DNA of 47,697 nucleotides. Origin: Saprospiraceae bacterium. Its GTDB lineage: Bacteria; Bacteroidota; Bacteroidia; Chitinophagales; Saprospiraceae. Position numbers and translations under genes: made by a program. Of the stretch, positions 1 through 9,337 are shown piece by piece. The stretch's first letter is position 1. Each line of letters starts with the position of its first letter. The DNA lies in contig DAITMC010000003.1 in assembly GCA_036835365.1 (NCBI GenBank), forward strand, positions 1 through 47,697. The letters run 5' to 3'. The notes under the pieces were generated by a model. That model saw only the letters and a list, made by a program, of their open reading frames with translations, made no database searches and was not told where the DNA came from.

Positions 1-95
1 TGCTAACAGTAAAAAATAGGGTTGCATTTAGTAACGACGTTAGTCAGCTTGTTCAGGTATTAAAAGTTTCCAATCGCTTACGCCGCATAAAATAA

Positions 96-133
96 GCTAT
101 GCCAAAGCAAAAGCCTTAGCATAGCAAAAAAAA
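96..133 (-). terminator. possible intrinsic terminator downstream of the beta-barrel gene
   Basis: Inverted repeat gctatgc (96-102) / gcatagc (119-125) lies just past the stop at 134. On the minus strand it is followed by ttatttt. The loop is long, so support is modest. Confidence 0.35.
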
Positions 134-826
134 TTATTTTCCAATTGGAATCATTACACCAGCACTAAGCGCAACGCCCTTATTCTTAATACTATCCTCT
201 ATTTGTGGAATATCATACAATTCGGTAAAACCATGTTGGTAGCGAACATCTGCAAAAATCTGAAATAAGTTCAAATCAATATTCAAACCAGCCCCTACAA
301 CACCACTAACTTCGAATCGCTCATAATCAATACTTTCTAAATTAATATCAGTATCTGATACTTTAATATCTACTAATGCTTTTATTCTAGTTTCTAGTAC
401 TCCACTCAATGCATAACCGAATGATGGACCAGCTAATATATACAACTGTACTGCATCGCTGCCAAATTTAGCTTTCGCTAAGAGCGGAACATCTAAGTAA
501 TGAAAGCGAGAATTTGCTTGCGCACCCACAGATAAAGGGGTATTGAAGATATTAAATTCAGAATTGGCAGTTAATCCAAATCCTTTAACTGTGTAGTTCA
601 GCTCTGGCTGAAAATACAGATTGGAAGATATGGGCAGTTCTACTACCGCTCCTAATGTGTAGTTATCAAGTGCTTTAAAATCTGGAGCAAGATTGCTTAA
701 ACCCTCTGTGGCTTGGATATTGGAGCGATAAGCACCACCGCGCACACCAAAAGACATTTGAGCTGTAGCTGTTTGAATAATTAATCCGAAAGCCATAAAC
801 GCAATAAACAAACGCAATGATTTCAT
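134..826 (-). CDS. small outer-membrane beta-barrel protein (porin/OmpA-like beta-barrel family)
   Basis: 230-aa ORF with signal peptide MKSLRLFIAFMAFGLIIQTATAQ. It has the alternating amphipathic strand pattern and Gly/aromatic-rich strands typical of Bacteroidota outer-membrane beta-barrel domain proteins. Confidence 0.65.
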   Translation of the reverse strand: MKSLRLFIAFMAFGLIIQTATAQMSFGVRGGAYRSNIQATEGLSNLAPDFKALDNYTLGAVVELPISSNLYFQPELNYTVKGFGLTANSEFNIFNTPLSVGAQANSRFHYLDVPLLAKAKFGSDAVQLYILAGPSFGYALSGVLETRIKALVDIKVSDTDINLESIDYERFEVSGVVGAGLNIDLNLFQIFADVRYQHGFTELYDIPQIEDSIKNKGVALSAGVMIPIGK

Positions 827-1013
827 GTAATTTTTGATTTTGTGAATAAAAAATGCTCTCTTGTCAAAAGGACATACCTATCAACAAAATTGCTGCCACA
901 AGATTGAGGATTTTTTTAGTTAATGAATGTTATAATGGTGTTATTGCTGCATTAAAGTGAAGTGGGCAGCGTAAATAACTGTTAAAAACAGTCAAATTGT
1001 CAGGTTACCCTGC

Positions 1014-1544
1014 TTAATGTTCAATTTTTGTATTCTTGCTTCTGTACTGCTGTATCAAATTGATTAATTCTTGGTGCGATTTCAGCAAGTTGTGGGTAAC
1101 TTCATGTAACTGCTCAAAATGGCTAATCAAAACTTGTACATTTTTATCTTGGCTATCAATGCTTTTCAGCTTGAAACAATGGCAGTGATACAAGCTACTC
1201 ACCACTGTTTGTAGTTCTTCCGCTTTCAAAATATGTTGCTCAATTTCTTTATTATCTGGCGAAGCAATAATGGCGTAACCATTAGGACGATCATTACTAG
1301 CGACATAATGACCATTCAGTGCGCTTAAATCTTTTTCAATTAAATCAATGAGGGGCACTTGAAATATATAGGCTATTTTCAGCAAATTACAAGTTTTTGG
1401 TTCTGCTGTACCATTTTCATAGGAAGCAATGTTGCCTCTTTTTAGTCCTGATTTAGCCGCTAATTCTTCTTGACTAAACTCCATCTTTTTCCTCAAGTAC
1501 CTTATGTTTTGAGGCAAATAACTCAGTGTTTCTTTGACTTCCAT
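1014..1544 (-). CDS. XRE-family helix-turn-helix transcriptional regulator with an uncharacterised C-terminal helical domain
   Basis: N-terminal HTH_XRE signature LRKKMEFSQEELAAKSGLKRGNIASYENGTAEP...LLKIAYIFQVPLIDLI. The C-terminal ~100 aa have no motif I recognise. Confidence 0.75.
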   Translation of the reverse strand: MEVKETLSYLPQNIRYLRKKMEFSQEELAAKSGLKRGNIASYENGTAEPKTCNLLKIAYIFQVPLIDLIEKDLSALNGHYVASNDRPNGYAIIASPDNKEIEQHILKAEELQTVVSSLYHCHCFKLKSIDSQDKNVQVLISHFEQLHEVTHNLLKSHQELINLIQQYRSKNTKIEH

Positions 1545-1839
1545 ACTTAATTTTTTCGACGAGTCCTCTTTTTTAAAAGACGAACCAACCTTTTTTTCTG
1601 ATAATCAACTCTTTTACAACATCATCATTTAGATAATGGTTTTTACGGCGTTCATTTTTTATCTGTCAGATATACGTCATTCTGTAAAAAAAATCATCAT
1701 TGCTATGTAATATCGAAAATTTTGTTTGTTTTTTTTACGTTTATCTTGTATGTTTGTAAAAAATATTGACAAACAGTCATTTTAAAAAAAACTTTGGAAC
1801 GGTTTTTGACCGTATTTAAAATAAAAAAATAAAGAGGAT

Positions 1840-2367
1840 ATGATAACATTAGCATTGCAAGGTCAAATATATGAGCAACTTGATAACATTAGTCAGTCAT
1901 TGAGAGCATTTTCTTTGAAATTGACTGGTAATAGCGTGGATGCAGAAGATTTGTATCAGGATACTGCTTTGAGGATTATCAATAATGCAGATAAATACAG
2001 GCCTAATACAAACTTTAAGGCATGGGCAGTAACCATCATGCGAAATATTTTTATCAATAACTATCGCAAACGCGTGCGTAGAGGGGTGTTATTGGATCAA
2101 ACGCCAAACAATTATTATATCAACTCGGGAGAGTCAGTGGTAGATAACGACGGTGAACATGATGTTTCTTTTAATGAGTTAATGAAAATGGTTGATAGCT
2201 TGCCCGACGATTTTAAAATACCTTTTTGGATGGCTTATGAAGGATACAAATACGATGAAATTGCTGAGGAGTTAGGGGCACCATTAGGAACAATTAAATC
2301 GAGAATATTTTTTGCCAGAAAGAAACTGCAAAGAATGTACACAGATATGTATCAGGAAAGAGCGTAA
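1840..2367 (+). CDS. ECF-type RNA polymerase sigma-70 family factor
   Basis: Region 2 motif DLYQDTALRIINNADKYRP..NFKAWAVTIMRNIFINNYRK. Region 4 HTH motif YKYDEIAEELGAPLGTIKSRIFFARKKLQ. The 175-aa length is typical of ECF sigmas. Confidence 0.85.
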   Translation: MITLALQGQIYEQLDNISQSLRAFSLKLTGNSVDAEDLYQDTALRIINNADKYRPNTNFKAWAVTIMRNIFINNYRKRVRRGVLLDQTPNNYYINSGESVVDNDGEHDVSFNELMKMVDSLPDDFKIPFWMAYEGYKYDEIAEELGAPLGTIKSRIFFARKKLQRMYTDMYQERA

Positions 2368-2394
2368 TTTTTGTTAATTTAATAATTTGTTTTG

Positions 2395-2424
2395 AAGGCT
2401 ACTTCCATTTGGGAGTAGCTTTTG
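2395..2424 (+). terminator. intrinsic terminator-like hairpin between the ECF sigma gene and the methyltransferase gene
   Basis: Stem ggctacttcc (2397-2406) pairs with gggagtagct (2411-2420), giving 10 bp including two G-U pairs. The loop is attt and a T-run (ttttg) follows. Confidence 0.5.
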
Positions 2425-2434
2425 CATTTATGTC

Positions 2435-3028
2435 ATGCTGCTTTTTTTATTCGGTTTACTGGTTTATTATACGTTGCATAGTCTTTTGGCTTCCAATAGC
2501 GTCAAAGCGTGGCTTATAAAAAAAATACTTCTTGAGTCTCATTATCGGTTGGTTTACAATGCTTTAGCAATTGTACTGTTGCTGCCTATAGTTTTACAAT
2601 ACCTTCAACTGGATAAGTCGTTGCTCTTTATATTGCCGCTGTGGCTACGTATTTCGGGAAATATACTACTTATTGTAGGCATCCTACTGCTTTATCTTGC
2701 CCTTCGAGGCTATGCTCTTTCTGAGTTTTTAGGTATCTATCAATACCGTCATAAAAAAGAAATGCCTGTGGAGGAATTACGTACCTCTGGACTGAACCAG
2801 TATGTCCGGCATCCGCTTTATTTTGCTACTTTATTGATAGTTTGGGGAGCGTTTCTCGCTAATTCGCATTACCCTATGCTCGCTATTGCTAGTATTACTA
2901 CTCTTTACTTATTCATTGGTACAAAACTGGAAGAGAAAAAATTGATTCATGTTTTCGGTAAAAAGTACCAGCAATACCAAGAAAAAGTGCCTATGCTACT
3001 GCCTGCGTTTTTTGCAAAGCGCAAATAA
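2435..3028 (+). CDS. membrane methyltransferase family protein (ICMT / phospholipid methyltransferase-like)
   Basis: 197-aa polytopic membrane ORF. The C-terminal motif LRTSGLNQYVRHPLYFATLLIVWGAFL is characteristic of the isoprenylcysteine carboxyl / phospholipid methyltransferase superfamily. Confidence 0.6.
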   Translation: MLLFLFGLLVYYTLHSLLASNSVKAWLIKKILLESHYRLVYNALAIVLLLPIVLQYLQLDKSLLFILPLWLRISGNILLIVGILLLYLALRGYALSEFLGIYQYRHKKEMPVEELRTSGLNQYVRHPLYFATLLIVWGAFLANSHYPMLAIASITTLYLFIGTKLEEKKLIHVFGKKYQQYQEKVPMLLPAFFAKRK

Positions 3029-3034
3029 TATTTA

Positions 3035-3919
3035 TTAGATGATAAAATGACTGCTTCGTTCGCCTAACGGAATATCTTGCCAAGTTCCGCCAAGAAAAAT
3101 GCGCTGTTCCTTGAATCCTATCTGCATTAGGCGAGCGGCTACTTCTTCAAAAGCCGTCTTTACGTGCATAGGTTCGTGGGTATCGCCAGAAAGATGGATA
3201 GGCACTTTTCTATCGAGCAACATTGCTAATATCCAATAACTAGGGTCTGGGTCGGTGGTATAATTTTTGTAATAACTTTTTGTGTTGACCTCAACAATGA
3301 CGTTTGTTTTAGCAATCACATCCACCGTTTCTTCTATGGCTGCTTGATACCAACTTTCTTTTTCAGAAAAAAAAGTGGCGTTACTGTTATTTTTCTTGAT
3401 TCTATCTAAGTGTCCCAGCACATCAGGCGGCGCAGTGAGCAGCATTTGTCGAGTCAGAGCGTAATAATATTCTACCATAGTGCGGGTGTCGCCACCATGA
3501 ATACGTTCAATGCCTTTCATTAAGCCCTTTGCAGAGTTATCAATCGAAAAAATTTTGATTTTCCCTTCCTCATTAGGGGCAAAAAATCCAGCATGATGCA
3601 CCGAACAAATCGTGTAATCAAAACCTGCTTCTTGGATGACTGCCTTATGCACATCCATATGGTCGGGGATGTAGTCCACCTCAACGCTGCAATAAAGTTC
3701 AATCTGTTCGCTGTATTTAGCTTTTAAATCGTTGATTGTCTTTACATAATTTTTCACTTCTTCTATCTTCAAATTGGCATTGCCACTAAAAGGATGTGGC
3801 CCATGATCAGAAATGCCATAGGCGCGAAGTCCTTGAGCAATCGCTGCTTCAATAAACGCTTCGGGCGTTCCTTTTCCGTCGCTAAAGTGAGTATGGGAGT
3901 GATAATTTGTCCAAATCAT
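3035..3919 (-). CDS. PHP-family histidinol-phosphatase (HisJ/HisK-type)
   Basis: PHP metal-binding N-terminus NYHSHTHFSDGKG...YGISDHGP, with later conserved His and Asp residues (SVHH, GHLD, SGDTH). The ORF track starts at a TTG at 3949. The ATG at 3919 (MIWTNYHSH) matches the usual family N-terminus, so I prefer it. Confidence 0.75.
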   Translation of the reverse strand: MIWTNYHSHTHFSDGKGTPEAFIEAAIAQGLRAYGISDHGPHPFSGNANLKIEEVKNYVKTINDLKAKYSEQIELYCSVEVDYIPDHMDVHKAVIQEAGFDYTICSVHHAGFFAPNEEGKIKIFSIDNSAKGLMKGIERIHGGDTRTMVEYYYALTRQMLLTAPPDVLGHLDRIKKNNSNATFFSEKESWYQAAIEETVDVIAKTNVIVEVNTKSYYKNYTTDPDPSYWILAMLLDRKVPIHLSGDTHEPMHVKTAFEEVAARLMQIGFKEQRIFLGGTWQDIPLGERSSHFII

Positions 3920-4159
3920 GTTTTTTGTTTGTTTGCAACAAAAAAGCAAAAAAAATAAGTATTAGTTCCAATAATTAATAATATTTAAGCATTTGTTAGC
4001 AATAAATTAACTTGATAATAATGTTCTCATCATATAGAAGATGAAAAACATAATGACTATTTAAAAATGTGGATAACTTTTAGGCTGATAATGAACTCTT
4101 TACCACAAAATATCATTATGTTTGTCCAACATTTGTCAATATAATATGAAGTAATCAGC

Positions 4160-4405
4160 ATGGGAGTGTTTGAAAAAATAAAAGAACGATTAGTTGAAGC
4201 TAGTAGAACCAATAATGGGGATATTCATGTCATTCCAACAGAAGGAAAATGGGCAGTAAGAAAGGAAGGGGCTGCGAAAAGTTCTAAACCAATTATAAGT
4301 AAAGAAAAGGCGATAAAAAAAGCGGCGGGCTTAATAGTAGATCATAGTACATCTAAGGTAATTGTACATAACTACGATGGTACTATTGATAAATCATATC
4401 AATAG
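4160..4405 (+). CDS. DUF2188-like small protein
   Basis: 81-aa ORF. The pattern HVIPTEGKWAVRKEGAAKSSK..SKEKAIKKAAGL...VIVHNYDGTI resembles the DUF2188 family (GkWavk..ga.ra...f.tkeeAi..a...a.....el.iH..dG.i). Confidence 0.55.
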   Translation: MGVFEKIKERLVEASRTNNGDIHVIPTEGKWAVRKEGAAKSSKPIISKEKAIKKAAGLIVDHSTSKVIVHNYDGTIDKSYQ

Positions 4406-4446
4406 TTAAACTACATATAGCAAGCATCTAACCCAATACAAAATTC

Positions 4447-5106
4447 ATGGAAGAACCTAATTCCTTTGAAAAAAGTATTTTCATAAATTGTCCTTTCGAT
4501 GATGAATATAAGCCTCTACTAAGGGTTATTATATTTACCTGTGCTTATTGTGATTTTATCCCTAAAGTCGCAGAAACAAAGGATTCAGCTACTACAAGGA
4601 TAAGTAGTATCATTGCTTTACTTAAAGCATCACAATATTCTATTCATGATTTTTGTAGAATGGAAAGTAAAAAAGAAGGAGAGCTAGCTCGATTTAATAT
4701 GCCATTTGAATTAGGAATAGAATATGGAATTAGGCAGTGCGATTCAGTGCAAGCAAAAGCGAAAAAAGCAATGATAATTGATATTGACCCTCATCGTTAT
4801 AGAAAAGCTATATCAGATATAGCAGGTTCAGATATTCATTCCTATGGAGATAACCCTACAATGCAACCCCAAGAGTTAAATAAGATAATTAGGGACTGGT
4901 TGTGGACTATCTTAAACCCGAGGCGACCGCATCAATATCAAGTAATATGGGGGCAGTTCACTGAATTTTTGGCAGATTTAGAGCGCTCATTAGAGACAGA
5001 ATTAAATGGAGAAAAGGCGGACATAAATGGATTACCCATCTCAGAGTTTATAGAATTGACTATCAGTTGGGTAAGAGCTAGGCCATTTAAGCGATTTTTG
5101 AAATAA
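4447..5106 (+). CDS. uncharacterised protein; N-terminal alpha/beta region reminiscent of TIR-like / nucleoside 2-deoxyribosyltransferase-like folds
   Basis: 219-aa ORF lying 41 bp downstream of the DUF2188 gene on the same strand. Motifs are IFINCPFDDEYKPLL, SIHDF and RFNMPFELGIEYG. The coding call is reasonable. The functional call is inference only. Confidence 0.4.
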   Translation: MEEPNSFEKSIFINCPFDDEYKPLLRVIIFTCAYCDFIPKVAETKDSATTRISSIIALLKASQYSIHDFCRMESKKEGELARFNMPFELGIEYGIRQCDSVQAKAKKAMIIDIDPHRYRKAISDIAGSDIHSYGDNPTMQPQELNKIIRDWLWTILNPRRPHQYQVIWGQFTEFLADLERSLETELNGEKADINGLPISEFIELTISWVRARPFKRFLK

Positions 5107-5124
5107 ATGTTTTATCTCTCCCTT

Positions 5125-5709
5125 TCACATCGCCAAAAAATTCTTTAAAATCTGTTCGCCAATTTTGCCTGATTTTTCAGGGTGAAACTGAGTGGCAAAG
5201 AAATTATCCTTCCGCAAGCCTGCGCTGAATGGATGCACGTAGTCCGCCAAAGCTATGGTGTGTGCACCTACTTCTACGTAGTAGCTATGAACAAAGTAAA
5301 CATAAGAATCCTCAGGAAGTGATTTAAAAAGTTCCCCTTCAACACCATAGATATTGTTCCAACCGATTTGTGGTATTTTTTCGCCACTTGTCGGCTGAAA
5401 AAGTTTCACGCGCTGCGGGATAATGCCTAAGCAAGGCGTGTCGTTTTCTTCAGAATAATCGCAAAGCAACTGTTGCCCAATGCAAATGGCAAGTACCGGT
5501 TGGGTTAAACTTTTGATGGTTTCATCCAATCGGTGCGCTCGCAAATGTGCCATAGCCGAGTTAGCTTCTCCAACACCGGGAAAAATGACTTTATCTGCTG
5601 CTTTTATCTCGTTGTGGTCGGCTGTTAATTTGGCGTTCACCCCTAAGCGTTCCAGTGCAAATAGCACAGAGCGAACATTGCCTGCGTTGTAATTGATGAC
5701 TGCAATCAT
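5125..5709 (-). CDS. hisH: imidazole glycerol phosphate synthase, glutamine amidotransferase subunit
   Basis: Class I GATase triad context: MIAVINYNAGNVRSV, PGVGE, nucleophile elbow LAICIGQQLL, and C-terminal FATQFHPEKSG. The 194-aa length is typical of HisH. Confidence 0.93.
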   Translation of the reverse strand: MIAVINYNAGNVRSVLFALERLGVNAKLTADHNEIKAADKVIFPGVGEANSAMAHLRAHRLDETIKSLTQPVLAICIGQQLLCDYSEENDTPCLGIIPQRVKLFQPTSGEKIPQIGWNNIYGVEGELFKSLPEDSYVYFVHSYYVEVGAHTIALADYVHPFSAGLRKDNFFATQFHPEKSGKIGEQILKNFLAM

Positions 5710-5833
5710 AGTTTGACGATGAGTTGGTTGGGTTGTTGGGTATTAGGTGTTGTATTTATTTTTGAGGCACATAAACAGACCGTTTTTTGTAAATCCGTTT
5801 TACACCCAAAACCTAATACCCAGTACCCGAGAC

Positions 5834-7138
5834 CTAGTATCTGTAATACTCTGGCTTAAATGGCCCTTCCACTGCTACACCAATGTAGTCGGCTTGGTCT
5901 TCTCTCAATACGTCTAATTCTGCACCAATTTTAGCCAAGTGCAAGCGTGCTACTTCCTCGTCCAAATGTTTTGGAAGGGTATAGACTTTATTTTCGTATT
6001 GGTCTGTGTTTGTCCACAATTCGATTTGTGCCAAAGTTTGATTGGTAAATGAATTGGACATCACAAAAGAGGGGTGTCCTGTGGCGCAACCCAAATTGAC
6101 CAAACGACCTTCCGCAAGTAGCAAAATATCCTTACCCTCAATGGTGTATTTATCTACTTGAGGCTTAATGTTTGTTTTTTCTGCATTTTTGTTTAACCAT
6201 GCTACATCTATTTCATTGTCGAAATGCCCAATATTGCAAAGAATAGCCTTATCCTTCATCATTCGGAAATGACGCTCTGTAATAATATTTTTGTTGCCCG
6301 TAGCGGTTACTACAATATCTACCAACGGAATAGCATTGTCCATTTTTAGCACCTGATAGCCATCCATTGCAGCTTGTAAAGCACAAATAGGGTCAATTTC
6401 AGTTATAATAACTCGGCAACCAGAGCCACTCAGAGAAGCCGCTGAACCTTTACCTACATCACCGTAACCCGCTACTACGGCTACTTTTCCTGCCATCATA
6501 ATGTCCGTTGCTCTTCTAATAGCATCTACACACGATTCTTTACAACCATATTTGTTGTCAAATTTGGATTTAGTTACAGAATCGTTCACATTAATTGCTG
6601 GCATAGGTAAAGTACCTTTTTTCATGCGCTCGTACAAGCGGTGTACTCCAGTGGTTGTTTCCTCGCTCAATCCTTTTATCTCGGCTACCAATTCTGGATA
6701 GCGATCTAGCACCATATTGGTTAAATCCCCACCATCATCCAGAATCATATTCAATGGTTGACCACCTTCAAAGGCAAATAAAGTTTGCTCAATTGCCCAG
6801 TCAAACTCTTCTTCTGTCATTCCTTTCCAAGCAAAAACAGGAATACCTGCTGCTGCAATGGCTGCCGCCGCATGGTCTTGTGTGGAAAAAATATTACAAG
6901 ACGACCAAGTCACCTCAGCGCCCAATTCAATTAAAGTTTCTATAAGTACTGCCGTTTGGATTGTCATATGCAAACAACCTGCGATACGTGCACCAGCTAA
7001 GGGCTTTGTTTGACCATATTTTTCACGCAATGCCATCAAACCAGGCATCTCGGCTTCCGCCAACTCAATTTCTTTTCTTCCCCACTCCGCAAGGTTAATA
7101 TCTTTTACCTTGTGAGCCAATGTTTTTATTGCATCCAT
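5834..7138 (-). CDS. ahcY: adenosylhomocysteinase (S-adenosyl-L-homocysteine hydrolase)
   Basis: Full-length 434-aa match to family hallmarks: [40 protein letters not shown]-binding [18 protein letters not shown], and canonical C-terminus PEYYRY followed by a stop. Confidence 0.97.
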   Translation of the reverse strand: MDAIKTLAHKVKDINLAEWGRKEIELAEAEMPGLMALREKYGQTKPLAGARIAGCLHMTIQTAVLIETLIELGAEVTWSSCNIFSTQDHAAAAIAAAGIPVFAWKGMTEEEFDWAIEQTLFAFEGGQPLNMILDDGGDLTNMVLDRYPELVAEIKGLSEETTTGVHRLYERMKKGTLPMPAINVNDSVTKSKFDNKYGCKESCVDAIRRATDIMMAGKVAVVAGYGDVGKGSAASLSGSGCRVIITEIDPICALQAAMDGYQVLKMDNAIPLVDIVVTATGNKNIITERHFRMMKDKAILCNIGHFDNEIDVAWLNKNAEKTNIKPQVDKYTIEGKDILLLAEGRLVNLGCATGHPSFVMSNSFTNQTLAQIELWTNTDQYENKVYTLPKHLDEEVARLHLAKIGAELDVLREDQADYIGVAVEGPFKPEYYRY

Positions 7139-7342
7139 AATCTAGTATAACATTTGAATTAAGCCACAAAGATATTGATAATTTTTAGCAAAAAGTGAAA
7201 TGAGCGTCATAAAGTATGCCTAAGATTGGGATTCCCCTATTGGGAGAGCAACATAAAGTGCAAATAATTCTATAAGTTCGGTGCTATACTTATGAAATAT
7301 AGTTAAGACAAAATAAAAAAGTCCTAAAATAATGTTAATATT

Positions 7343-8011
7343 ATGGGAACTTTGTTTAAGTATAAGACACCTATTAGTATTATGAGCCAAAGAAAATACG
7401 CTGATGAACAACTGGTAATGATGATTCAAGGAGATGAGCCCAACCAGCGCAATCTCGCATTACAACAGTTATACATGGATAGTGGGATTACCTACAAAGT
7501 AAAGGAACTTATTCTCTCATATGGCAATAGTAAGCACGACCCTGACGATATTTTGCAGGAGGGGATTATTTTGCTCAATGAATTGATAAGAAGTGGAAAA
7601 TTTCAAGAGCGAAGTAAAGTGCGTACTTTTTTGATTGGTATATGCAAAAATTTATTGCGCAACGAAGTCCGAAAAGGAAGTAAAATTGTGTTGAAAGAGG
7701 AAATTATGGATTATGAACAAAAAGAATTTAGCAATACACCAGAAGATGTCATAGAGCTGCAAGAAATAACAGATGCACAACTAAAACGAGATGAATTATT
7801 AAGACAATTACTAAATCGTTTAACCGTCAATTGTCAGGAAGTACTTAGACTTTACTATTTCCATGCAATGAACATGACGCAGATAGCTACGGCAAGGGGG
7901 TTGAAAAACGCTAATCAGGCCAAAAAAGCAGCCAGCAGATGCCGACAACAGTTGAGGGATTTAATTACAGATGAACCAGCATTAGCAAATTTTTTAAAGC
8001 AAACTTTATGA
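7343..8011 (+). CDS. sigma-70 family RNA polymerase sigma factor (ECF-like, N-terminally extended)
   Basis: Region 2-like segment DILQEGIILLNELIRSGKF...RTFLIGICKNLLRNEVRK. Region 4 HTH segment LRLYYFHAMNMTQIATARGLKNANQAKKAASRCRQQLRDLI. The true start may be the internal Met at 7382. Confidence 0.8.
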   Translation: MGTLFKYKTPISIMSQRKYADEQLVMMIQGDEPNQRNLALQQLYMDSGITYKVKELILSYGNSKHDPDDILQEGIILLNELIRSGKFQERSKVRTFLIGICKNLLRNEVRKGSKIVLKEEIMDYEQKEFSNTPEDVIELQEITDAQLKRDELLRQLLNRLTVNCQEVLRLYYFHAMNMTQIATARGLKNANQAKKAASRCRQQLRDLITDEPALANFLKQTL

Positions 8012-8790
8012 GTACAGAAAAACAATTTGACAAAGCGGAGGCGTATGTATTGGGTACGCTCCCACCCGAAGAACGAATCGCCTTTGAACAAGCGCTTGCC
8101 ACAAATAAGCATTTAGCGGCTGAAGTGCAGTTGTTACAATTGGAATATGATGCCATGCGTATTTTAGAACAAGATAGTTTACGACAGCAAATGGCAACTT
8201 GGTCTATTCAGAAAAAGGAAATAGAAGCTAGTAGTGTTAAGGTGATGCCTATGCAAAAGCGTCGCTTTTCCATCCAATCATTGGCGGTAGCTGCGTCTTT
8301 TTTAGTGTTGCTCGTAGCAGGATGGAGCATTATTCAGTACAATTATGGAAGTGCTGCTTTGGGTAATGATTTTATGCTCACCACTACACTTTCTGATAGA
8401 AGCAATATTGCGCCATCCAATCCATTGATTGAGGCTTTAGATGCCATGGAAAATAAGGACTACAAAAATGCTATCCGCATTTTAGATGAACTTAGTAGCA
8501 CGACTTATGCTGAAAGAGCTTTGTTATTGAAAGCAGAAGTTTACGTAGTCAATAAAGATTGGGAAAAAGCCATTTCAACTTATGAACAAATTATTCGTAA
8601 TGGCTCAAACCTTTCTATTGTTCAGAATGCAGAACGCAATCTAGCCGCCACCTATCTTCAAATGGGCAACCAAACAGCCGCCAAGCAACTATTGGGTAAA
8701 ATAGCAGACAATTCACAGCATTTACATCAAGCCGACGCGCTACAATTACTCAAAAAGTACAACAGTTGGATGGGGCGTTTAGCCCAATAA
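8008..8790 (+). CDS. putative membrane anti-sigma factor with C-terminal TPR-like domain
   Basis: Its start overlaps the sigma gene stop by 4 nt (ATGA). The N-terminus EAYVLGTLPPEERIAFEQALATNKHLAAEVQ is typical of anti-sigma N-terminal domains. It has a single TM segment (LAVAASFLVLLVAGWSII) and a helical repeat C-terminus. Confidence 0.6.
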   Translation: MSTEKQFDKAEAYVLGTLPPEERIAFEQALATNKHLAAEVQLLQLEYDAMRILEQDSLRQQMATWSIQKKEIEASSVKVMPMQKRRFSIQSLAVAASFLVLLVAGWSIIQYNYGSAALGNDFMLTTTLSDRSNIAPSNPLIEALDAMENKDYKNAIRILDELSSTTYAERALLLKAEVYVVNKDWEKAISTYEQIIRNGSNLSIVQNAERNLAATYLQMGNQTAAKQLLGKIADNSQHLHQADALQLLKKYNSWMGRLAQ

Positions 8791-8845
8791 GGACTTAACG
8801 AACCTTAAAACTCAATTTTATATAAAAAATTTACATCTATTCAGA

Positions 8846-9337
8846 TTAATGCTGACCAATAGTCGTAGTCGCTTCAATAAGTGTTGCAAATAAATTTTCT
8901 ACCTGTTCGCCTGTTTTAGCACTGGTGAAAAAATCAATAGGGTACTGATGAGCAAGTCGTGATTTCCTTTGCGAAGAAAGTAAATCTGATTTGTTAGCTG
9001 CTACTTTAATAATTGCGTTGGGCAGAATACTACGAATAAATTGTACATCAGAAGCAATATTGTCTAGCGTACTTGGGCGCGTCGCATCCACAACATACAC
9101 CACTGCATTGACCTCAGCCCAATATTTTACAGGTAATTTTCTAGCATCAACCTCTCCGGCGGTGTCTATAATACAAAGCGCTACTTTATCAGTATTCGTA
9201 TTAATCCATTTTGTTACCGAGTGCTTAGCCATTGTGGTGAGGTATTGTTCGCTAAATTCATTTTTGGTAAACTGATATAGTAGAGAGGATTTTCCTACCC
9301 CGAGACTACCTGCAAATAATATTTTCTTTGTTACCAT
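8846..9337 (-). CDS. Ras/Rab-like small GTPase
   Basis: All G-motifs are present in 163 aa: G1 GSLGVGKSS, G2 Thr in YLTTM, G3 DTAGE, G4 NKSD, G5 TSAK. Confidence 0.8.
   Translation of the reverse strand: MVTKKILFAGSLGVGKSSLLYQFTKNEFSEQYLTTMAKHSVTKWINTNTDKVALCIIDTAGEVDARKLPVKYWAEVNAVVYVVDATRPSTLDNIASDVQFIRSILPNAIIKVAANKSDLLSSQRKSRLAHQYPIDFFTSAKTGEQVENLFATLIEATTTIGQH

Noticed and set aside
4068-4076. Isolated perfect DnaA box (tgtggataa) upstream of the DUF2188 gene, and another TTATTCACA match at 841-849.
   Set aside because: Single matches to TTATNCACA are expected about once or twice by chance in a window this size. Only the triple cluster at 38337-38373 is treated as meaningful.
5480-8197. 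Antisense or overlapping ORFs opposite hisH (5480..5692), ahcY (6501..6701, 6655..6945), the sigma/anti-sigma pair (7915..8112, 7965..8156, 8006..8197) and 7220..7429.
   Set aside because: Each overlaps a confidently identified conserved gene or a promoter region and has no features of its own.
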